From an uncultured Neisseria sp. (GTDB lineage: Bacteria; Pseudomonadota; Gammaproteobacteria; Burkholderiales; Neisseriaceae): a stretch of DNA of 64,000 bases. The notes below the pieces were generated by a model. The model saw only the letters and a program-made list of their open reading frames with translations, was not told where the DNA came from and made no database searches. The position numbers and the translations under genes are program-made. Below are positions 29,533 to 36,675 of the stretch, piece by piece. How positions within the stretch are numbered: the first letter of the stretch is position 1; each line of letters opens with the position of its first letter. The DNA lies in assembly GCA_963529965.1 (NCBI GenBank), contig CAUSDA010000001.1:22005-86004 (forward strand), read 5' to 3'.

Positions 29533-30024
29533 ATGAAGCTCAATCGCGAACTTCAAAGAAAAATATTGTCTGTCCTGACAGAGTGCTTCCCCCAAGACCC
29601 TCCACCAAATTTCCTTCATACCTTACGCGCCGAATACGGCGAGGATGAAACAGACGGCAATCTGATGTATTTGGAAATGCACGGACTGGTCAACGTCAAA
29701 CTTACCCACTTCGTAAGCGGGGCGTATTCCATCGATTATGTGAAACCGACCGAAAAGGCTTTTGATTTCCTTGCCGAAGACGGCGGTCTTTCTGCGGTTT
29801 TAGGGGTAGTTACGGTCAGACTGGATGCGGAAACCCTGCGGGAATTGGTCGCCTTGAAAATAGACAAGGCAGACATTCCGACCGGTCAAAAAGAAACACT
29901 GCTTAAAATTATTCGCTCTCTGCCGGAGGAGGGGTTAAAGCGGTTATCGTCCCGCTTGATTGAGTTCGCTTTGGACAAGGGAGCGGATTTAGTGAAACTG
30001 CTTGATATATCCGGCGGCCTCTAA
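29533..30024 (+). CDS. Hypothetical moron protein (winged-helix-like), antisense to early operon
   Basis: GGAG RBS before MKLNRELQRKIL; NLMYLEMHGLV motif. Confidence 0.75.
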   Translation: MKLNRELQRKILSVLTECFPQDPPPNFLHTLRAEYGEDETDGNLMYLEMHGLVNVKLTHFVSGAYSIDYVKPTEKAFDFLAEDGGLSAVLGVVTVRLDAETLRELVALKIDKADIPTGQKETLLKIIRSLPEEGLKRLSSRLIEFALDKGADLVKLLDISGGL

Positions 30025-30175
30025 TTGTTGCCAGGTGGCGAAATCGGATGCTTCCGACTTCGCCCAACTCCATATCAAATTCTTCAATCGTGCGGTCTGA
30101 ACATTCAGGCTCGGATACCATCAGTCGATTACCGGTATCGCACCATATGTACTGGTCGGCTTCATATATCTGCAT
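29909..30175 (-). CDS. Hypothetical early protein
   Basis: 88-aa ORF in operon direction; its 3' end overlaps the convergent moron. Confidence 0.45.
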   Translation of the reverse strand: MQIYEADQYIWCDTGNRLMVSEPECSDRTIEEFDMELGEVGSIRFRHLATIRGRRIYQAVSLNPLPCPKRTQSSGTITALTPPPAESE

Positions 30176-30315
30176 GGTTTCATCTCAATACTTTAAATAG
30201 TCCTGAATTCTTTCTTCTATTTCCGCGTCCAGCTTTTTCTGCTCGATTTTGTAGTCCACATAGAGCCAAGCAGCGAGTGCGGCGGCAAAAACAATGCCGA
30301 TGACTGCGATGATGC

Positions 30316-30510
30316 TCATTGCCCTACCTCCTGCGGAATTTCAGCGTCGCCGCCCATGTGGTCGAAGGTAGGCGATTCATAAGCGCGGACAGCTTCCGTT
30401 TCAGGCAGCGTTTGCGGCGGATTCGGTATGTTTCCATGTGTCGAACCGAGCATAAAAGACGAAGCGGCGAGCATCAGAGCGAGGATGATGTAGCGGATTT
30501 TGATTTTCAT
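30316..30510 (-). CDS. Small protein with N-terminal hydrophobic segment
   Basis: AAGGAAA RBS; signal-like N-terminus. Confidence 0.65.
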   Translation of the reverse strand: MKIKIRYIILALMLAASSFMLGSTHGNIPNPPQTLPETEAVRAYESPTFDHMGGDAEIPQEVGQ

Positions 30511-30533
30511 GATGTTTCCTTGTCGGGTCGGGT

Positions 30534-31001
30534 TCAGGCAGCTTTAAGGTCGTCTGAAACTGGGTTTACTTTCATTTTTCTGCCGGCGTATGCAGCGCGG
30601 GCTATTTTTTCGTCGATGACTTCAAGCTGTCGGGCGGCTTCGGAAAGCTGGAGAACCGGCAAACCCAAGCTGTACACTACGTTTTGCTGATTCAGCATAT
30701 TGCCCAGTCGGGCGATTTCCTTTATCAACTTCTGACTATCTGCCAGAGCTTTGCTTTGCTCCGGCGTAACCAGCCAACTTCTGACAACTTCCGCATCGTT
30801 GTAAGCCGTCAACGTCTGACGGTCTGTATTTCGTTCCAAGAGCGTGTCGCGCTCCAAGCCGTTCATGATTTTTGCGTTTTTGGTTTTACTGCTTACCAAC
30901 GTTTCACCGATATTTCGGATTGCATCAGCATGGGCTTTAGTCTTGAAAAGACGCGACTGCCGCCCTGAGAATCCCCATTTCGGGACGATTTCGCCGTTCA
31001 T
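30534..31001 (-). CDS. Hypothetical early protein
   Basis: 155-aa ORF with AAGGGAAAG RBS, in operon. Confidence 0.7.
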   Translation of the reverse strand: MNGEIVPKWGFSGRQSRLFKTKAHADAIRNIGETLVSSKTKNAKIMNGLERDTLLERNTDRQTLTAYNDAEVVRSWLVTPEQSKALADSQKLIKEIARLGNMLNQQNVVYSLGLPVLQLSEAARQLEVIDEKIARAAYAGRKMKVNPVSDDLKAA

Positions 31002-31013
31002 TTTTCTTTCCCT

Positions 31014-31316
31014 TTACAACAAATTTTTCTGACTGCTGCCGCCGTGCTGTTCGATGATTTCGTCTGCCGTCATCTGCGGCGGCACCAAGGCGGGGTTTTG
31101 ATGCAGCGGACTGGGCGGGGAGATGGTTTTGATGACTTCCGTCGCCGCCACGCCCGACCAGCCGCATGAAGCATTCAAGCATTGCACTGAGCTATAACGG
31201 ACGCGGTCTGTCATCTTCCGACTTGCCGTAACCTTGCAGCGGCTGCCGCAGCAAGGGCAGGTAATCTGTACCCGCATATTTCCGTGTTCCGCCTTACTGA
31301 TGTTGCGCTGCGTCAT
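31014..31316 (-). CDS. Ogr/Delta-like zinc-finger late activator
   Basis: CPCCG...QCLNASCGWS...TISPPS. Confidence 0.85.
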   Translation of the reverse strand: MTQRNISKAEHGNMRVQITCPCCGSRCKVTASRKMTDRVRYSSVQCLNASCGWSGVAATEVIKTISPPSPLHQNPALVPPQMTADEIIEQHGGSSQKNLL

Positions 31317-31566
31317 TTTCTCTACTCCGTTTCAGGTCTGCCGATGCCGCCTCAAAGGCTCGCAGATACATTTCCGCGTATTCCAGCGCAGCCTTAGCGG
31401 CGAATGCAGACAAAGACTTGCCGGAGGCAAAGGCAGCCCGTTCCAGCAAATCAAGCTCTTCGCCGTAGGCTTCGATTTCAATCACGCCAAACGGCGCGCG
31501 CGGTGCGGCGGGATACACATCGGCGGCGCGATGGTCTTCGATTTTGTGAATACAGTATTGGCACAT
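31294..31566 (-). CDS. Ribbon-helix-helix (DUF1778-like) protein
   Basis: EELDLLERAAFASGKSLSAF pattern. Confidence 0.65.
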   Translation of the reverse strand: MCQYCIHKIEDHRAADVYPAAPRAPFGVIEIEAYGEELDLLERAAFASGKSLSAFAAKAALEYAEMYLRAFEAASADLKRSRENDAAQHQ

Positions 31567-31580
31567 GACGTTTCCTTTTT

Positions 31581-31630
31581 GGGTTGATGCCGACTGTCCG
31601 GCGGGTCAAGCGTCTTTCCGCTTTGTCATC
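31581..31630 (-). repeat. 50-bp direct repeat (double hairpin), copy 1
   Basis: Identical to 32529-32578. Confidence 0.92.
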
Positions 31631-31675
31631 ACTCACGTTACAATGTCATTTCCAGTAACCGTAAACGGAGAAACT

Positions 31676-32068
31676 ATGTTTGAAGAAGAATTCAATTCAT
31701 TACTTGATGATGAAAACGAGCTATATCAGCTCTTTATCGAACACCATCAATATCAGATCGCTTTGACGGCAGCCCTGGCGGTTTTAAAACAGCATCCTCT
31801 CGGGCTTAATCCAATGCGTGGACTGCTGATTCTTCAACAGTCCCGCTCACAAGGCGACATTGCCGAACTTATACAGAAGACAATCGACGACTTGGACAAC
31901 GGACTGTTCGACCTATCTTCGTCAATTCCTCAACAGTCATCGATTTGCCGATTTCGGCAATCATCTTCAATGTCTTTTCCATCTGCCCGCTTCGTGCGGG
32001 CTTTTTCATTGCTGTCATTTTTCTGTTCCTTGTATTTCGTCCACGTTTTCCTTAAGATTGAACGTTGA
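31676..32068 (+). CDS. Hypothetical moron protein, antisense to early operon
   Basis: GGAG RBS before MFEEEFNSLL; acidic helical N-part; 3' part uncertain. Confidence 0.55.
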   Translation: MFEEEFNSLLDDENELYQLFIEHHQYQIALTAALAVLKQHPLGLNPMRGLLILQQSRSQGDIAELIQKTIDDLDNGLFDLSSSIPQQSSICRFRQSSSMSFPSARFVRAFSLLSFFCSLYFVHVFLKIER

Positions 32069-32089
32069 CCAACAAACTTAAGGGAAAAC

Positions 32090-32407
32090 ATGGAAACTTC
32101 ATTGGTTCAAAATTGCGAAGTCCCCGAATGGGATGCTGAAGTGTTGAAGGTTATCGGCTGGTATCAGCGCGGGTTTGGCGGCGGCGGTCTCGATGCATGG
32201 GCTGGTATTCTTTACAATGGGCAGGTTTACCGCCGTATCCGATGTACAGGTATGCGCGAGTTTTTCGGGCTTCCGAACGACCTTCAGGATTTGGGATTCG
32301 TCGAACTGCTCGGTGAAAACGAGATCCGCGACGGCTACAAGTTTCTGTTTGAGGAAGGCTCGGAAGGTATTGGGAAAATTCCCGAAGTTCCTGAAGAAGA
32401 TTGGTAA
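32090..32407 (+). CDS. Hypothetical acidic moron protein
   Basis: AAGGGAAA RBS, 105 aa. Confidence 0.6.
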   Translation: METSLVQNCEVPEWDAEVLKVIGWYQRGFGGGGLDAWAGILYNGQVYRRIRCTGMREFFGLPNDLQDLGFVELLGENEIRDGYKFLFEEGSEGIGKIPEVPEEDW

Positions 32408-32528
32408 GCTCCATGCCTTCTTTGGTTGCACACGCAACATATTTCACGATATAGCCTAGCTCTTTCACACTGACGGCGACGACTTCGCCGTCTTTTTTCA
32501 TTTCTTTCATCTTTCTGCTCCTTGGTTG

Positions 32529-32578
32529 GGGTTGATGCCGACTGTCCGGCGGGTCAAGCGTCTTTCCGCTTTGTCATC
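32529..32578 (-). repeat. 50-bp direct repeat (double hairpin), copy 2
   Basis: Identical to 31581-31630. Confidence 0.92.
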
Positions 32579-32580
32579 GT

Positions 32581-32778
32581 TCACGATGCGATGATGATTT
32601 CATGTGGGTAGATTTGCCCAACCATTTGGACGGCCTTTTTTAATGTTTTGGCAGGCTTGCGCGGTAGCTCGCTAAAATTTCCGTCTTTGCCGCGTTTTTG
32701 GATGGCGAGGAAACCTTTGTCCCAGGTTGCAACCTCGACGAGCGAACCATAAGAGAGTTGGACATTGATGGGTTTCAT
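32581..32778 (-). CDS. Hypothetical early protein (65 aa)
   Basis: AAGGAG RBS; ATGA overlap with the cro stop. Confidence 0.65.
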   Translation of the reverse strand: MKPINVQLSYGSLVEVATWDKGFLAIQKRGKDGNFSELPRKPAKTLKKAVQMVGQIYPHEIIIAS

Positions 32779-32984
32779 TTTTCTGCTCCTTGATTGGGGT
32801 TGATGTCGTCTGAAATTTGTTTGTACTGCACTGGAAACTTTGCTTTTAGAAAATTCATTTGGGCTTTCGGAATGCCGTTTTTCTGCCATTGAGAAACCGC
32901 CCCCCGAGTTATTCCGCAGATTTCTGCAACTGCTGAAACGCCTCCCAATTCTTTAATGAACTTGACTTGCTGGTCTGTTTTCAT
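32775..32984 (-). CDS. Cro-like HTH repressor
   Basis: LGGVSAVAEICGITRGAVSQWQKNGIP; divergent from cI. Confidence 0.88.
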   Translation of the reverse strand: MKTDQQVKFIKELGGVSAVAEICGITRGAVSQWQKNGIPKAQMNFLKAKFPVQYKQISDDINPNQGAEK

Positions 32985-33002
32985 TTTTCTTTCCTTTTTA
33001 AA

Positions 33003-33075
33003 GTTTAGTGAACTATACAATCCTAAACTTGTATAGTCAAGCATACTAAACAATTAATAGTTTAGAATTCTAAAT
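33003..33075. promoter_or_regulatory. Operator array GTTTAG-N4-CTAAAC between cro and cI
   Basis: GTTTAGtgaaCTATAC 33003-18, GTCAAGcataCTAAAC 33036-51, GTTTAGaattCTAAAT 33060-75. Confidence 0.7.
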
Positions 33076-33120
33076 AATCATTGTTTTTACTAAGTATTTT
33101 TTAGCTGGGATTTTTTTGCG

Positions 33121-33813
33121 ATGGACTTGAAAGGCAGACTTCAGGAATTGATGGATGAACACGGTCTAATTACTCAACAGGACTTGGCAGACTTCGCAGG
33201 TGTCTCAAAAGGTCTTGTCGGGCAGTGGTTCAATGGGCAGACTGGCTTAGGAAAAAAGCCGTTATTGGCATTTGAGAAGAAGACAAACTTTTCTACTCGA
33301 TGGCTGGCAGATGGTTTAGGTGATAAGTATAGGAAGGATTTAGGAATGTATAGGTTGTCTGAAAACCTTTCAGACGACCCTTCAGACGACCATATCCGTT
33401 TCGAGCGGCTGGACGTTATCGCTGCGCTGGGCGACGGATACATCAACAACGAGACGGCGGAGGTCGTCGATTTCGTCCATGTCGATAAAGCGTGGGCGCG
33501 CGAAAAACTCGGCGGCAATCTATCCCGTATCCAAGTCATCACCGCGCGCGGCGATTCGATGCAAGGCACCATCGAAGACGGAGACGTACTCTTCGTCGAT
33601 ACCTCCGTGCGCTCATTCGAGGGCGAGGGCGTTTACCTCCTGTCCTTCGCCGACGGCCTAAAAGCCAAACGCCTGCAAGCCTCCGTCAGCGGCGGCCTGC
33701 TGGTCATCAGCGACAACCCGCTATACCGCACCGAAACCATCGAAAACGACAAGTTGGAAAAACTAACCATCTGCGGCAAAGTCCGCGGCGCATGGCATTT
33801 GTCGGGATTTTGA
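33121..33813 (+). CDS. CI-like repressor (XRE HTH + S24 peptidase)
   Basis: TQQDLADFAGVSKGLVGQW; RGDSM (Ser), KRLQ (Lys), SDNPLY. Confidence 0.93.
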   Translation: MDLKGRLQELMDEHGLITQQDLADFAGVSKGLVGQWFNGQTGLGKKPLLAFEKKTNFSTRWLADGLGDKYRKDLGMYRLSENLSDDPSDDHIRFERLDVIAALGDGYINNETAEVVDFVHVDKAWAREKLGGNLSRIQVITARGDSMQGTIEDGDVLFVDTSVRSFEGEGVYLLSFADGLKAKRLQASVSGGLLVISDNPLYRTETIENDKLEKLTICGKVRGAWHLSGF

Positions 33814-33831
33814 GACAAGCGGCAGGGTGGC
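33797..33831 (+). repeat. 35-bp direct repeat, copy 1 (cI 3' end)
   Basis: ATTTGTCGGGATTTTGAGACAAGCGGCAGGGTGGC, also at 35247-35281. Confidence 0.92.
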
Positions 33832-33939
33832 TTTTTAATCTTGCCTAAAATTTTGGAAGGTTTTGCCGCTGGATTTCGGGATATTTATGATTTGGCAATG
33901 GTAAAAAAACAATTGTAATTAACTTAAAAGTTAACTATT

Positions 33940-34314
33940 ATGGCGGAATTGATTTATAAGGGTTTGGTGTTCGACTGCGTCCTGTCTGACGAAGCTGTCG
34001 AACAAATCGGATTCGACGGGGAAAACCTGCCGGAGCGTATTTGCGGTGAAGACTCGGAAGAGCTTTGGGTTCGCATCATCCGTTATTGCGATGGTGAAAA
34101 GCTGATAGAGCCATTCGAACTCAACCACGAAGGAGACCCTTTCTGGGCAGTCAAAACCGCCCGACCCGAAAGCCTGCGGGCTTATTTTTGGCATGACGGT
34201 GACTATATGGTCATCAGCCATTTCATCAAGAAAACCACTCCCAAACTGACCTCTGAAGACCGTGAAAAAATGCGCTTGATTAAGTATTTTTACAATCGTA
34301 ATGGAGGCTTTTGA
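33940..34314 (+). CDS. Putative RelE/HigB (Gp49-like) toxin
   Basis: FWAVK...LRAYFW...ISHFIKKTTPKL pattern; precedes an XRE gene. Confidence 0.7.
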   Translation: MAELIYKGLVFDCVLSDEAVEQIGFDGENLPERICGEDSEELWVRIIRYCDGEKLIEPFELNHEGDPFWAVKTARPESLRAYFWHDGDYMVISHFIKKTTPKLTSEDREKMRLIKYFYNRNGGF

Positions 34315-34315
34315 T

Positions 34316-34759
34316 ATGAATATGCCGATACTCAATAAATTGCTCGGACGTTTCGACTTCCGCAAAAAACATAACCGTACCGACTTGAATATCCAAGCTG
34401 TTGACCAGCTGCGCGAAGCCATGGAAAGCAAAGGAATCAGACAGAAAGATATTGCGGACAAGCTGGGTATTTCTCCCGCCGCCGTATCTAAAACGCTGTC
34501 AATGTCTGAAAAAAATCTTGAATTGAACACCATCGCGGATTTGGCGACGGCTATGGATATGCGCTTTTCTCTAACTCTGGAACTTGATCCGCATTGTACC
34601 GACACGCGCGCCACTGTAAAAAAAGAGCTTATCAGTTACCGTGAAACAACAGTGCTTATCAATACCCGCCTAAATATTGCTAAGGATTTCAACGAATTCG
34701 GTGAATTTAGAGAAATTCCAGCCTCTTTTAAAACGGAGCGTGTATGCAAATCATTCTGA
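34316..34759 (+). CDS. XRE HTH antitoxin with C-terminal extension
   Basis: GGAGG RBS; GIRQKDIADKLGISPAAVSKTL; ~55-aa tail after the HTH domain. Confidence 0.8.
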   Translation: MNMPILNKLLGRFDFRKKHNRTDLNIQAVDQLREAMESKGIRQKDIADKLGISPAAVSKTLSMSEKNLELNTIADLATAMDMRFSLTLELDPHCTDTRATVKKELISYRETTVLINTRLNIAKDFNEFGEFREIPASFKTERVCKSF

Positions 34760-35166
34760 CCGACATTGCGCCACTGAATCTGAAAATTGATGCTGAAGGT
34801 TTGCGTTCTGTCCCTGATGCGCCCGTTTTTGATATTGAAGAACGCCTTGAACTTCAGGCAGACGGTTTCAGGGTGGCAGTCAATGCACCGGCTATCGAAG
34901 TCAGATGTTTCGCGGTTTATCAATATCTACTCAAATCTGATGAAGTCAGACGACCTTTAATTGATATTAATATGTCTTACTTGGCGGCTTTTGATGTGAT
35001 TTCCGATCCCCCTGTGGATTTGACTGAAATGGGAAGCAATCCTGAAAAAATGCGGATTTTGCTCGACTTTACCGAACAAGCTGTCCGTTTCAAAATCAGC
35101 ACTATCCTGAATCAGTTCGGTATCCGCACCCGCTATCCTTTGGCGGCTTTCGAGGTCAATTTATAG
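34744..35166 (+). CDS. Putative SecB-like chaperone
   Basis: 140 aa; beta-rich N-part, INMSYLAAF strand, C-terminal helix then ..FGI..YPL; third gene of a TA operon. Confidence 0.55.
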   Translation: MQIILTDIAPLNLKIDAEGLRSVPDAPVFDIEERLELQADGFRVAVNAPAIEVRCFAVYQYLLKSDEVRRPLIDINMSYLAAFDVISDPPVDLTEMGSNPEKMRILLDFTEQAVRFKISTILNQFGIRTRYPLAAFEVNL

Positions 35167-35246
35167 TTTTTATTCTTAAAACAATAAAAGGTCGTCTGAA
35201 ATATTTCAGGCGACCTTTCTGATAAGGGTGTACGTCTTAATTTGGT

Positions 35247-35281
35247 ATTTGTCGGGATTTTGAGACAAGCGGCAGGGTGGC
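35247..35281 (+). repeat. 35-bp direct repeat, copy 2
   Basis: Exact copy of 33797-33831, 1450 bp downstream. Confidence 0.92.
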
Positions 35282-35312
35282 CGCTTGCGGAATATAACTA
35301 AAAAGATATATT

Positions 35313-35744
35313 ATGCAACTTATTGTTCACGATCATGCGGAAGCGGATTTAGAACGCCTTTTCGAGAGTAAGGAGGAGGCGGTCGGTTATATCGATAATG
35401 TGATTGCGCTTATCGATGATACGCCTGCGCTTTTTGACAAACTCTTTTCTGAAAACTACTGTCGCGATTACGACCAGCCCATCGGGCTTTTGGGTATGGA
35501 ATGCAAACGGGTGGCTGTGTTGTGGCGGGCGGATATACGCGTGATGCGGCTACGGCTCGATGAGGAATCTGCGCTTTCGCTGCGTATTTTGTACTGCGTT
35601 CGAAATGAGATGCAGCCGAACCGGACGTTTATCCGGAAAATCTATATTTTGGCGGTTGCCGACAAATCCGAGGGCTTCGATTATCAGCCCGATCATCCGA
35701 TTATGCGGAGAATCCAAAATGACTATGCAAAAATCGAATATTGA
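35313..35744 (+). CDS. Putative RelE/ParE-family toxin
   Basis: LIVHDHAEADLERL start; MRLR...LRILY...IYILAV. Confidence 0.72.
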   Translation: MQLIVHDHAEADLERLFESKEEAVGYIDNVIALIDDTPALFDKLFSENYCRDYDQPIGLLGMECKRVAVLWRADIRVMRLRLDEESALSLRILYCVRNEMQPNRTFIRKIYILAVADKSEGFDYQPDHPIMRRIQNDYAKIEY

Positions 35745-36213
35745 AAATTGGACTGCCTTCGGGGCGGTCTGTCTGTTTACGGCTTCTGCGGTGTCTTTTT
35801 CCGCACCTGCCGCTGCTGTGACTGTCAGAACTTCTACGGTATTTGTTGCAGGCAAGCAGGTCTTGCCGCTTTCTGATGCGTCAGATGCTTGCTGCTATGT
35901 GGAACGTGTCCGCAAAAATCCGCGCCGTGCTGCTGCGATGGATAGGGCAGGCAAAAAACTTGCTGCAAGACTTGATGCGGATACTGCTGGAGCGACGTTT
36001 GCATCGTTGCGTCTGAAACATGGTTTGACGCAATCCGCACTTGCTGAAAAAACGGGTCTGAAACAGTCTTATCTTTCGCGCATTGAAAACAACCGCTGCA
36101 CTTTGAGCAATGATACGGTCGATAAACTTGCGGCGGTATTCGGTATCGGATCTCTTGATGTGCGGGCGGCTTTTGACCGTCAATGGGACTTTGTGGAAGG
36201 ACTCAAATCATGA
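35719..36213 (+). CDS. XRE HTH antitoxin with N-terminal extension
   Basis: GGAG RBS; LRLKHGLTQSALAEKTGLKQSYLSRIEN. Confidence 0.82.
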   Translation: MTMQKSNIENWTAFGAVCLFTASAVSFSAPAAAVTVRTSTVFVAGKQVLPLSDASDACCYVERVRKNPRRAAAMDRAGKKLAARLDADTAGATFASLRLKHGLTQSALAEKTGLKQSYLSRIENNRCTLSNDTVDKLAAVFGIGSLDVRAAFDRQWDFVEGLKS

Positions 36214-36623
36214 TGCCTGTATCACTGCATATCCAATATTGCGATAGTATTATCCGCCATGCGGACGATTTCCGTTACAGTCTGATTGGCATTTATCCGG
36301 GGGTCTGCCCGCTGCCGTCGCGCGATTTTGTATTGGCTCAATTAAATCTTTCTCTGACTTTCGAGATTCCGACTTCCAGAAAGGATTTGAGTTTTGTGCC
36401 TTTGCGCTTGGAGATTCTTAGGGATGCCGATGTTTTGTCAGTATTCGAAATGCCACCTGTCGGCAATGCGCCCGTAGTATCGGAAAATCCTGAAGTATTC
36501 AGCGGATTGGTGCATCATAGTTTGGATAATCTTCCCGTATCGGTTGGGGATAAAATTTGGGCGAGACTTGTAGCGGGGGATGTTGTGGCAAATGGAAATT
36601 CCCTTAAGTTTATCGCTATGTAA
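36210..36623 (+). CDS. Conserved hypothetical beta-rich protein (DUF6941-like)
   Basis: ATGA overlap with the antitoxin; YCDSI...YSLIGIY motif; family name is from recall. Confidence 0.6.
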   Translation: MMPVSLHIQYCDSIIRHADDFRYSLIGIYPGVCPLPSRDFVLAQLNLSLTFEIPTSRKDLSFVPLRLEILRDADVLSVFEMPPVGNAPVVSENPEVFSGLVHHSLDNLPVSVGDKIWARLVAGDVVANGNSLKFIAM

Positions 36624-36675
36624 GCTGAAATTTTGAAAGGTCGTCTGAATTTTTTCAGACGACCTTTTGTTTCGT

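Noticed and set aside
31294..31566. DUF1778-like gene as half of a TacA/GNAT toxin-antitoxin pair
   Set aside because: No GNAT toxin adjacent; the next gene is the Ogr-like activator.
29442..32578. Repeats as a CRISPR array
   Set aside because: Copies are ~1-2 kb apart and separated by genes; no regular spacers and no cas genes.
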